Shown: positions 37,692 through 49,056 of the stretch, piece by piece
How the letters are laid out: each line of letters opens with the position of its first letter
Position numbering within the stretch: position 1 is the stretch's first letter
NCBI GenBank assembly: GCA_030390025.1
Contig: CM059437.1
Location: 87,980,001 to 88,044,000 of the forward strand
Length of the DNA: 64,000 nucleotides
DNA from: Squalus acanthias
Lineage: Eukaryota
Direction of reading: 5' to 3'
Translations under genes and position numbers: made by a program
Notes under the pieces: model-generated
The model's database searches: none
Seen by the model: the letters and a program-made list of their open reading frames with translations, nothing else
What the model was told of the DNA's origin: nothing

Positions 37692-39548
37692 AAGGGTGGT
37701 GGGGTGGGACGGCAGGTGGGACGGTGAGTGTGGGGGGGGGGGGGTGAGTGGGGTGGGGGGGGGTGAGTGTGGGGGGGGGGGTGAGTGTGGGGGGGGGGTG
37801 AGGTGGTGGGGGGGGTGAGTGTGGGGGGGGGGGTGAGTGTGGGGGGGGGGGGGGGGGGGGGGGGGTGAGTGGGGGGTGGGGGGGGGTGGAGTGGGGGGGG
37901 GGGGGGGTGGTGGGGGGGGGTGAGTGGGTGGGGGGGGGTGAGTGGGGGGGGGGTGAGTGGGGGGGGGGGGGGGGTGGGGTGTGTGGGGGGGGGGTGAGTG
38001 TGGGGTGGGGGGGGGGGTGAGTGGGGTGGGGGGGTTGGGGGGGTGAGTGGGGGGGGAGGTGGGGTGAGGGGGAGTGGAGGGGGTGAGTGGGGTGAGGGGG
38101 GTGAGGGGGAGGGGGGTGGTGGGGGGGGGGGGGGGGTGAGTGGGGTGGGGGGGTGAGGGGGAGGGGGGGTGAGTGGGGGGGGGGGGTGAGTGGGGTGGGG
38201 GGGTGAGGGGGGTGAGTGGGGTGGGGGGGTGAATGGGGTGGGGGGTGAGGTGGGGTGGGGGGGTTGAGGGGGGTGAGTGGGGTGAGGGGGGTGAGTGGGG
38301 TGGGGGGGGTGAGGGGGGTGAGTGGGGGGGTGAGGGTGGGGTGGGGGGGTTGAGGGGGGTGGGGTGGGGGGGTTGAGGTGGGGTGGGGTGGGGGGGTTGG
38401 GGGGGTGGGGTGGGGGGGTTGAGGGGGGTGGGGTGGGGGGGTTGAGGGGGGTGAGGGTGGGGTGGGGGGGTGAGGGGGGGTGAGTGGGGTGGGGGGGTGA
38501 GGGTGGGGTGGGGGGTGGGGGGTGAGTGGGGTGGGGGGGTGAGGGTGGGGTGGGGGGGTTGAGGGGGGGTGAGGGGGTGGGGGGGTGAGGGGGGGGGGGT
38601 TGAGGGGGGGTGAGTGGGGTGGGGGGGTTGAGGGGGGTGAGTGGGGTGGGGGGGTGAGGGTGGGGTGGGGGGGTTGAGGGGGGTGGGTGGGGTGGGGGGG
38701 TTGAGGGGGGTGAGTGGGGTGGGGGGGTGAGGGGGGGGTGAGTGGGGTGGGGGGGTGAGGGGGGGGTGAGTGGGGTGGGGGGGTGGGGGTGGGTGAGTGG
38801 GGTGGGGGGGTGAGGGTGGGGTGAGTGGGGTGGGGGGGTTGGGGGGGTGAGTGGGGTGTGGGGGTGAGGAGTGGGGTGGGGGGGTGAGGGGGGTTGAGTG
38901 GGGTGTGGGGGTGAGTGGGGTGGGGGGACGGTGAGTGGGTGATTGGGGGGGACAGTGAGTGGGTGATTGGGGGGGACGGTGAGTGAGGGAGGTGGGGGGC
39001 TGAGTCGGGGGGTGACAGTGAGTGGGGTAGGGGGGTGATTGGGGGGGTGAGTGGGGGGGACGGTGAGTGGGGTGGAGGGGTGAGTGGAGGGGGGACGGTG
39101 AGTGGGGGGGGTGGGGGGTTGAGTCGGGGGGTGACAGTGAGTGGGGTGGTGGGGGGCGCGGTGAGTCGGTGGGCGGGGGGGTGGACAATGAGTGGGTGGG
39201 TGGGGGTGTGGACGATGAGTGGGAGTGGTGAGTGGGGTGAGTGGGTGGGTGGGGGTGTGGACGATGAGTGGGAGTGGTGAGTGGGTGGGTGGGGGGGTGG
39301 ACGATGAGTGGGAGTGGTGAGTGGGGTGAGTGGGTGGGTGGGTGGGGGGGTGGACGATGAGTGGGAGTGGTGAGTGGGGTGAGTGGGTGGGTGGGGGGGG
39401 ACGGTGAGTGGGTGGGTGGGGGGGGAACGATGAGTGGGAGTGGTGAGTGGGGTGAATGGGTGGGTGGGGGGGTGACAGTGAGTGGGGTGGTGGGGGGGGC
39501 GGTGAGTCGGAGGGTGGGGGGGGGGGGACGATGAGTGGGGGGTGGGGA
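37692..39548. repeat. G-rich minisatellite / low-complexity array (ggtgagtgggg-type units)
   Basis: About 1.85 kb of G-runs separated by tga, tgagt and gac; strongly strand-asymmetric. Confidence 0.95.
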
Positions 39549-40889
39549 CATGTTCTGCTATTTGTAGCAAAACAGTAAATGTGTTCTTTGCCCTCAACTA
39601 CAACAGCAGGCAGAGATCATCTTCCCTTAATGTTTAAACAGGTGTTAAAGTATCGCCGCAAAGGAAAGGGTCCCTTTTTGTTTTGTTGTACCTCAACAGA
39701 GGTTCAGGCAATCCCTGAGCGAGGGAACAAAATGAATGGAGACTTTAGCTCATTGCTTCTCTTTTTTATGTGCCTGATGGCCTCACTCTTCCTTGGATTG
39801 ACACCAATGTGTGTGGTTCACTGCCAGGGACATTTTAATATTGTGCCAAAGATTTTGAATTTCCTCCTGTCTCAATATTTTAACGTGATGACCCTTCATG
39901 TATTATACAAAAGGTCATTCAGCAGTGACCTTTGACAGTTGCTTTATATGTTAAGAGAACTAACAGACCAGGTTTCAGTGTATTCAAATTGGAAGAGATA
40001 GGCTTGGCTCTGTCGTGCCTCCACTTCCATTAAAATATAAAAATCAGAATTTCAAAATGGCCCTAAGTTGTTTGTGCGATGGCTCCGCTCTGAATTTATT
40101 TGCAGTTCAGCTGAAAGGTAATGCAAGGATTTGAGCTTCAGGGAGTCTGAAGCTTCTGCCAGATAATTGCATAGAGGATAACATCAATGAACTTTAACCT
40201 TTATTCACTCAGCTTGGTTGGAAAGTCTACATTCCAATTAAGGCAGTGTTGTATTTTCAAAGGTGGTTGAGGGTGGTTAGGGACTGGCGAGTATAGCCTT
40301 GCAAGAAGCTGGTGCACACATGACCAGGCGCCAACTAATTGCTCATGATCTCATGCCAGTACCAGCGGAGTGCTTTCCCCGATAAACTGTGCACTGTCTG
40401 ACTTGGTGCATTTTAAATCTGAAGCTTATAAAGTCCTTGAAGTCACGCACAGTGTGTCATTCATCACTACATTCATGGTGAAACCATGTAAAATTTGCAG
40501 AACATGTGGAATTGTTAAATGGCAGTTCCAGTAACAAATGCACAGAGCTGCTGTCCGCTTTTACTTTGCTGCCGGGTACTGAACTTGTCACTAGAGGGTT
40601 TTATTTTTTAGCAATCCTTTGGGCTGAGTATAACGTTTAAAAGCTTTTTTTTGAGGGACTGGATTGTGCTGAGGGTGATCACACTGTCCTTTCACCTCCA
40701 AGACCTAGAATCTGAAACCAGCCCAGGCTGATGTGATGATTAAAGTCTCCACTGGCTCTAATGAGTTCGGGTGCTTTCAATTCAGCCCTTAGTTGAACAC
40801 AGGCCCACAGCATAAACCTGCCACCTCCTCCAGTCCTGTGTTTTCACACTTTCTGGTATAGCTAATGTCTTGTGACTTCCATCCTTACC

Positions 40890-41336
40890 CAGCTGTGGCT
40901 CACCTCTGAGTCAGAAGGTTGTGAGGTTCAGAGTCCCACTCCAGAGACTTGAGCGCAAAATTCTAAGCTGACACTCCACTGCAGTGCTGAGGGAGTGCTG
41001 CACTGTCAGAGGTGCCGTCTTTTGGATGAGACGTTAAACCGAGGTCTCGTCTGCTCTCTCAGGTGGACGTAAAGGATCCCAAGGCACTATTTTGAAGAAG
41101 AACAGGTGAGTTATCCCCGGTGTCCTGGTCAATATTTATCCCTCAATCAACATCACTAACACAGATTATCTGGCCATTATCACATTGCTGTTTGTGGGAG
41201 CTTGCTGTGTGCAAATTGGCTGCTGTTTCCTACACTACAACAGCGACTACACTTCAAAAAGTATTTCATTGGCTGTAAAGCGCTTTGGGATGTCTGGTGG
41301 TCATGAAAGGCGCTATAGAAATGCAAGACTTTCTTT
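40890..41336 (+). mobile_element. DeuSINE (SacSINE1-like), near full length
   Basis: Head, core and tail as in 3004-3471. Confidence 0.85.
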
Positions 41337-41549
41337 ACCCCCACCCCCATTGCAACACTGGAGGCAGATCTGTTGACCTTTATATCTCTGCACTCTGAAA
41401 TCCTCTGCCTAAAACCCTCTGCCTGGTAACATCTCACCCCACATTCCAAACCTTTCAAACACTCTATCAGTTCATCTGACCTCCACCTCTCTCCTTAGTG
41501 AAGCAACTTAAGACATTTCTCTACATTAAAGGCACATTAGTGCATGCTG

Positions 41550-42332
41550 TTGCTTTCATTGCTAGGGGGATAGAATATAAAAATAGGGAGGTATTGCTTC
41601 AGTTGTACAAGGTATTGGTGAGACCGCACCTGGAATACTGCATACTGTTTTGGTGTCCTTACTTAAGGAAAGACATCCTTGCTCTCGAGGCAGTGCAAAA
41701 AAGGTTCACTCGGTTAATCCCGGGGATGAGGGGGTGGTCATATGAGGAGAGGTTGGGTAGATTGGGACTCTACTCATTGGAGTTCAGAAGAATGAGAGGC
41801 GATCTTATTGAAACATATAAGATTGTGAAGGGGTTGGATCGGGTGGATGCGGGGAGGATGTTCCCGATGACGGGTGAGACTAGAACTAGGGGACACAGTC
41901 TTAGAATAAGGGGCTGCTCTTTCAAAACTGAGATGAGGAGGAACTACTTCACTCAGAGGGTGGTAGGTCCATGGAATATGCTGCCACAAAAAGCTATAGA
42001 AGCTACATCATTAAATAAATTTAAAACAGAAATAGACAGTTTCCTAGAAGTAAAGGGCATTAAGGGTTACGGGGAGCGGGCAGGAATTTGGACATGAGTC
42101 TAGGTTCGGATCGGTCATGGCCCTGTGGGTAGTGGAGCGGGCCCAGGGACTGTGTAGCCTGATTCTGCTCCTATTTCGTGTGTGCAATTCTGTTAGATGC
42201 AGGAGATGGTTCTGTGATAGTAGATAGTAGATTGGCGGTTAGGATCAGATCAGCCATGATCTTATTGAATGGCGGAGCAGGCTCGAGGGGCCGATTGGCC
42301 TACTCCTGCTCCTATTTCTTATGTTCTTATGT
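41550..42332 (+). mobile_element. Young CR1 LINE, copy A (5'-truncated, double 3' tail)
   Basis: Open ORF2 C-terminus AFIARGIEYKNREVLL...RAGIWT, near-identical to the copies at 51786 and 55966. Confidence 0.95.
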
Positions 42333-42685
42333 TGTGAACAATGAGATACTCTTTAAGCATTCATGCAATTTTTGTAATGCATGAGAGTTTCATGGATTAA
42401 AATTGAGCAACCTAGATGAAGAGCCACGGTTGAAAGAAGTAGGAGTGAAGACAAAATAAATCAAAGTAGTGGATGGGGATGCCGAGCTTGGATTTTGAAA
42501 GGTTGTAGATGGTATGAAAAAGAGTTGACTGAGGAAGGTAAGAAGATCCACAGCCCAGCGCCCCTGGGAAAGAATGAAAGTAAGAGATGGTATGATGAGT
42601 CTTGATTTCGACACACTAAGGATGTAAGGAGGAGGAAGAAAAGTGTAGGACGGCATATTTGGAGCTTAGGAGAAACAAAGAAGGA

Positions 42686-44283
42686 GAATACAGCGTCAGT
42701 TTCCACATGTACGCTGATGACACCCAGTTCAACCTCACCACCACCTCTCTCGACCCCTCCACTGAGTCCACTCTCTCTAAATTGTCAGATTGCTTGTCCG
42801 ACATCCAATACTGGATGAGCAGAAATTTCCTCCAACTAAATATTGGGAAAACCGAAGCCTAGCCACCGACTCCATCCCTTTCCCTGGCAACTGTCTGAGG
42901 CTGAACCAGACTGTTCGCAACCTTGGGGGGTGATTTTATCAATGGGGACGTGATGGAGGCGGGACTGCTGCTTGTCGGGTTTTAGTCCCGCCTCCATCGA
43001 CGTCCAGCCAACCCACACTATTTTTCCTTGATTGACCTTGTTAAGCCCGCCCAGCGGGTTTAGCAGGCCAATTAAGGGAAAGCCGGTGACAGAGAACGTC
43101 ATCGTTTGACAGCTTTGAGAAGCTGTCAAACACTGACAATCTCTGTTCTTTGGTGAGTCCTTGTACTCAAGACTCACCAAACCTCTTTCCTGAGCAGAAA
43201 TCAGATGGCTGTTGCATCGGAGAATGCAGCAACCATTCTGTCATCTCTGCCGTGGAGATGAGGCAGCTCCGCAGCCTGAAGGGATGAAGCCTGGAGGAAG
43301 AAGCAAAGGTAAGTAATCTTATTAAAACACTTTAGACTCACCTCACACACTTACCTCTCCACACTTGCACTCATCACTCACCTGCACACATCTCGGCCCC
43401 TCCGACCCCCGCAGACCCACTGCTCGTCTTGCTGACCCTGGCGAGGTTCGGAGCCATTGGGAAGCCCACACTTTAGGGCTCAAAATAGGGATTAGCCAAA
43501 AAACTGCCTGTTAACTACCTGTTAACAGGCAGTTAATTGGCACTAATCCCCTTTCTGCCTCGAGGAGACGGGACCCGGCGCGGGTCAGGGACCCGCCTCC
43601 TGGGAAGATGGCCACATATCCATGCCATCACTAAGACCGCCTATTTCCAGCACTGGAACATCACTCTACTCTGCCCCTGCCTCAGCTCATTTGCTGATGA
43701 AACCCTCAGCCTTTGTCACCTCTAGACTGGACTATTCCAACACACTCCTGGCCGCCTCTCACGTTCTACCCTGCGTAAACTTGAGGTCATTCAAAACTCG
43801 GCTGCCCGTGTCCTAACTCGCACCAAGTCCCGTTCTCCCATCACCCCTGTGCTCGCTGACCGACATTGGCTCCCGGTTAAGCAACGCCTCAATTTAAAAA
43901 TTCTCGTCCTTGTTTTCAAATCCCTCCATTCTTCCCTCACCCCTCCCTATCTCTGTAATCTCCTCCAGCCCCACAACCCCCCGAGATCTCTGCGCTCCTC
44001 TAATTCTGGCCTTTTGAGCGTTGCTGATTTTAATCGCTCCACCATTGGAGACTGTGCCTTCAGCTGCCAATGCCCTAAGCCTGGAATTCCCTCCCTTAAC
44101 CTCTCCACCTCTCTCCCTCTCTTTCCTCCTTTAAGATGCTCCTTTAAACCTACCTCTTTGACCAAGCTCTGCCCTAATATCTCCTTATGTGGCTCAGTGT
44201 CATTTTCTTTAATAACGCTGCTGTGAAGCACCTTGGGACGTTTTACTATGTTAAAGGTGCTATATAAATACAAGTTGTTGTTG
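42686..44283 (+). mobile_element. L2-like LINE 3' part, interrupted by a MITE
   Basis: FHMYADDTQ, WMSRNFLQLNIGKTEA, FVTSRLDYSN and HWLPVKQR motifs; tail ggtgctatataaatacaagttgttgttg. Confidence 0.85.
42925..43612. mobile_element. Inverted, one-end-truncated relative of the 32226-33058 MITE
   Basis: gggggtgattttatcaatggggacgtgatggaggcggga is the reverse complement of the 33058 end, and homology continues internally. Confidence 0.8.
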
Positions 44284-44448
44284 TTTAGAGGAGCAATGAC
44301 CATAGTGGTATCAATACAATAGAGAGACAAGAAAGATTGCAATGTTGAGAGATGTTGCAAGCTAGAAGTGAGACAAGATTGACCTAACAGCAGGCAAGTT
44401 TTTTCTTGTGTCTTTCCCAGGAGTTTGAGGTTGGTGGTGGAAGAGTAT

Positions 44449-45316
44449 GGGGGAAAAATTCAGTTGGTTGCGCCTCCCGTTAGCGCCTTAAGAGGGCGCC
44501 CGGGCGCGGCGATGTTTGCGCCGCTCGCGAAATTAACTAGACATTTTGCGGCGGCGCTAAACACTACTGCCACGATCTCCTGCGCCGGCAGATCATGACG
44601 TCAGTCGAGTGCGCAACGCCCCGGTAGCGCCCCGGAGCGGATATTGAGTGGCGCCTCCTGCCTTACTGCCTGCTGCTAGCAACGACAGGTTGAGGGGAGC
44701 GTTTTGCAGTCAGGAAGGGACTGGGGGAGCACTATTTAAAGGCGACCGCTTCCTGCCTTTTATTGTTGGTGATATTTTTGAACCACGCATTCTGAGAGAG
44801 AGAGAGAGAGAGACTTCTGGAGAGATTCAACGCTGTGTGAAGGAGTTTTGGGTACTGAGCAGCACTTTGCGGGTTCATTTTGATTTGCCCTTCCTTGTAT
44901 CGATTTAGAAAAGACTGTGGGGGCTGCACTCTGCGCTCTTTCCCTGGTACTCTCCATTGTTCTTTCCAGCAGATTTGATGTACAGGTCTCTCCAGGCCGA
45001 GATTCAAGGCTGCAATGAGCAGGATGTGGATGGAAAGCAAGATCAACCCTTCCCTTTAAAAACTGGCCCGAGCCATTGTGTGTGTTTTCCATTGCTGACT
45101 GACATCACGAGCTTCGCCAGCGCTCTGAGGTAGCGCCTCGCTCCTCGGCCTTTGCACCTTAAGACAGGTGTGAAGCGCCTGATTTAGCGCTGCAATCACC
45201 TCCAGGGGCGATAAAAGTCAAGTTTGCAGTTGGTGGCGATAATTAGCGCCAGGCGCTAATCTTTGCGCCCGGCCGATAATTGCACCCCAAATGGAGCAAT
45301 ACTGAATTTCTCCCCC
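44449..45316. mobile_element. CpG-rich PIF/Harbinger-like MITE
   Basis: TIRs gggggaaaaattcagt and actgaatttctccccc; 3-bp TSD TAT (44446-44448 and 45317-45319). Confidence 0.8.
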
Positions 45317-45914
45317 TATGTCTCTTGTAATTCTATCCAGAAGTGGCCACTGTCATATGGAATATCCCCACTTTGCGAGATAATACAACTTGGTTATGCT
45401 GAAGTAAATGGCTGAAGTCATGTGCTTTTTCCTGTCGATCACACAAATAAGGCAAAAGGTATAATTTGAAAGACATGAAACCATGCCATCCTCCAATGGG
45501 ACCAAAAATCTAATGGGCAATGTCTGACTAGCAGCTTTGCTGAATTGGAATGACACATGGTCTTTCAGCTCATCTTCAATAATAACGAGGGTAGTCATCA
45601 TTGAATGTCAGTAAGTGGAGGAGTTGCAGAATTGTCTTCATCCTGTCCCATTCAATCAATGTTTTCATGAGAGCAAATAGCACTGTTCAAGTTTTCCTAT
45701 ATTTTCTGTGTGACATTATTTCTGTGTGCATTATTGGTCTAATCATTCTGTTTTTTTCCCCCTTTCTTTCTCTCTTCTCTTTCACCATTTCTGTCTCTTT
45801 GGAAAACTCTGCATGACCTTTTCGTCCGCCATGTAGTTTGATGTCTCCATATCCTTCACGTCGTCTAAGCACAAAGTCTGTTCCTGTAACACACTTCGAT
45901 TAAACTATAGGAGC

Positions 45915-45953
45915 ATGGCCGTTTCCTCACGCCTAGCATTATGGGAACAAAAG
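45915..45953 (+). CDS. MYO18B: Myosin XVIIIB, first coding exon (MAVSSRLALWEQK)
   Basis: The ATG is in a strong Kozak context (agcATGg). It translates to MAVSSRLALWEQK, against the mammalian MYO18B N-terminus MAISSRLALWEQK (from memory). The exon is phase 0 and is followed by gaaagt, a GA donor (see findings). Possible upstream acceptors are the AG ending at 45836 (after a pyrimidine tract) and the AG ending at 45910. Confidence 0.9.
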
Positions 45954-48293
45954 GAAAGTTACTCTTCCTGGTTCACAGGTTTACTTCCTGCATGCATCAG
46001 AGAAGATGAAGTTGCATTGGCTTTTAGAAGTGTGATTATAAGCTTCAGATAAGGCAACAGATATTCCTGCAGAATGGTATGGGGTTAGACACAGGGGTTT
46101 TGTAAATTCCACGCCATTTTCCAGAAAAATCCCACTTTTCATCAGTACCTCAGAGCCTGTCCGTGTGACTGTGAATCTGAGACCGATAACAGCTGTGACC
46201 TCATTTAGGGAACCTAGCAAAGCACGACATTGTTATTTAAAGTGATTTTGATATCAAAGTTTAGGTTGCTCCAGTGTCAAATTTGTCTTGCCAGCCCCTT
46301 TTGGAAGAATAGTTTTGTTGTACCATCACCAAATATCGGATATTTAGTTGTCATTTTATTCCCCCTGTTATTGACATGTTGTTTTCTAGACCTTGTGAAG
46401 ATCTCTTTCTCAGGACATCTAGATGCTCTCCTAGTGTTTGATATTTTGTAGCATTATGACAGCCATTAAATCAGTGAAGATGTCAGCGTGTCATTAAACC
46501 GTTTCCTATTTTCTCTTTCATAAGATAGGCTACTTCTGGACGAGGCTGCTATCTCAGCAGATTCTCGCTATCTCTTTTTGCTCACTGTTCTCTCGGACTA
46601 TTAGGATCCTAACCTCCTCGTCACCACCACAAGCTATTTGAGGTTACCCTTGCTCTCGACCCAATCTAATAAGCATGTTGATTTTATATATTGCCCTACC
46701 GTGCCCTACTTGTCAAGGATCATCAACGCCATGTTGGCTGCCTTGACGATTGGGTCCCATCTGTTTGACATGTTATCTCTTCTCATCAATGCTCCCTTCA
46801 CTAGCCCTGAATGTGCATCCCTCCAGGCTTCACAGATGCTTGGCAAAAGTCAGCAGAGAGCAAGTCTATTAGCTTTTCACACTTCATGACAAGTCAACTG
46901 GCTGCGCCACGCTAACTTGATGCAACCAAGTAGTGTGAAATTCTCCTGCTAGTTTGAGTCCTTACATTGACGTTTCCTGCAGGAAGTTACTGAATAGGAT
47001 GCTGCTTGATAAACAATGACCACAGCTGGTGTTTGCATTTGGGAGAAATTGATTGTCCCGTTAGAATACAGGTCAGATTAGCCCTGTCTTCTTTGTACCA
47101 CCAAGGTAGCTCCAGCTAGTGCCCATATAGCATGAAGTACTCCCTGATGCTCATGACTGATCAAAAGTGACGCATAGTATTACACTAGTACTGTAGGAAA
47201 AACTGGGCGACCTCTGATGAGTGGGAATTGTTGCTCATTTGACTGCTGAAGGCCAAAGGACACCAATTCCAGTTTCATGTTCACATTCCTTTATTTTGTT
47301 GATTTACAGTGCTACTGTTTGCCATATCATATCTTCACACTCTTCCCTGCCATTGGGCTACACGTGCCTTGGCATTAGCATTGTATTTGGAAAGGCCGGT
47401 AGCATTACAGGAGTTGGCAGTGGAGCATATGGTCCATTGTTTAATTTCAGCAGTGCTACTGACCATTGTTGACCCTCCCAAAGACCAGCATGGCAGTAGA
47501 GATGGGAGCTGTGCTGCTGTGTTCATGGTCGTTCATTCCAGGGCTCGAGCAGAGTTGAGCTTCAGGGCTGAGCTGTGGGACTTCATTTTCCCGACTATGT
47601 GGAACCAGTGAACCCAAGTCTTGGCTCCACAATGCCAAACTGATGGAGGAATGTCCAGTGCTGGCTTTTGGCTGCTTATCTCCACTGACCTGTGAGAAAT
47701 TCTGGTTTGATATGCAGAATGCAGTCACTTTTCCAGTCGTACGTTGTGACGCAGATTACATTTGCAAAGCCCATTGTGTCTAATCCCGCCAATGTATTCC
47801 CATTACACTGTGCAACCAAGATATGAATGCAAGATCGGATCTGTGACATCCTGTATTTCCAATTGGATTGCCTGGCCCTGCTCTCTGTGGTGTTTGGTCT
47901 GTATCAGTTGAGTTGCATGCATCATGCAGATAAGTTTGAAGCAAACATCTTGTAAGTAACTGGATTTTTGGCAACTGCTTTACTGATTGCTTGGTTGCTA
48001 TAAACCTGCTCAGACAGTCAAAAAACCAATACCGAATACTCGTTGGGTTTGTTTAAAATTCAGTAGAATTTCAGGAAGAAGTTTAAAAAAAATAAAGTTT
48101 CGATTAATAGTGAGTTGTTTAATTTTATATTCCTATTATCTGATGACTTTCTCCCCCCACCTTAACATTGTTGGGCAATTAATTCAAATGGGTGACCCAC
48201 AGTTTTCCCTTGCAACAGCAGAGAAAATTCTGTGGAAGAAAATGGGACGGAGCGAGGAAGCAAAGATTGAGCATTGAAAATGGCGATGATGTT

Positions 48294-49056
48294 GGCCCAG
48301 AAATTAAACATCGATGGTTCCCGCGGGGGTAAGGATTCCCCGCGATATCGCACTCCGCGCCTACCTTTCTGTTTGGGGCCCACACGAACTTTAGTTTCAA
48401 AGCCTCTCCCTGTTGCAACCGTGCAGTGCTTGCGTATCCCAGAGGCGCAATTAGTTCGTGCGAGCTCTGGGATCACGTGATTCAGTTAGAGCCAATGGCA
48501 GCACACCATCTTTCATTCATAGTTTTAACAGCAAGGGCTGTCAAAGCTATGAATACTACAAACCCCCAAAAGAACAGCTAAACCTCAATTAAATTTAAAA
48601 AAAAAGCCATCGCATTAATAAAATAAGTATAGTTAAATAAATTAACCACTTTAAACAAAAAATTAAATTTTTGAAAAAATTTAAAATCTTTTTAAGTTAT
48701 AAAAATAAACTTACCTTTCTTTAAAGTCTCTAAAAAAGATAAACCTGTTGAAATTTTTTTAAAATAACACTTAATTAACTACTTACCTTGTTAAAAGGGG
48801 GTCCTACGCCTGCTTTCTTTATGTGTAAAATCTTCACCACTTACCTGCACGTTCAAAGCTGAAAAAAAAACTAAGTGCACTGCGTGCGCGCAGCCTGTAG
48901 TGCGCACGCGGTTCACTTAGAAACCGCCCCCTTTGCAATTCACGAAGTGCCGGTTTCCCGTGCATGCGCAGTGCATGCAGGAAACCGGCAATTCGGGATC
49001 TAATACGCGAGAGTACACAGTGCGTACTCTCGCGTATTAGGTTTAATTTTCGGGCC
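48294..49056. mobile_element. PIF/Harbinger-like MITE with subterminal palindromes
   Basis: TIRs ggcccagaaattaaac and gtttaattttcgggcc; 3-bp TSD GTT (48291-48293 and 49057-49059). Confidence 0.82.

Noticed and set aside
37623..39597. 642-aa and 638-aa Pro/His/Thr-rich ORFs (extensin-like)
   Set aside because: They are an artefact of the C-rich strand of a G-rich minisatellite, which lacks stop codons in several frames. There is no splice or homology support.
42108..42185. ADAR hyper-editing as the origin of the diverged first CR1 tail
   Set aside because: Differences from the canonical tail include C>T, T>C and G>A as well as A>G, which fits ordinary divergence.
47200..47770. Overlapping short ORFs as a nested antisense gene
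   Set aside because: There is no recognisable domain or consistent splice structure. It is more likely a decayed LINE remnant, which I could not classify.
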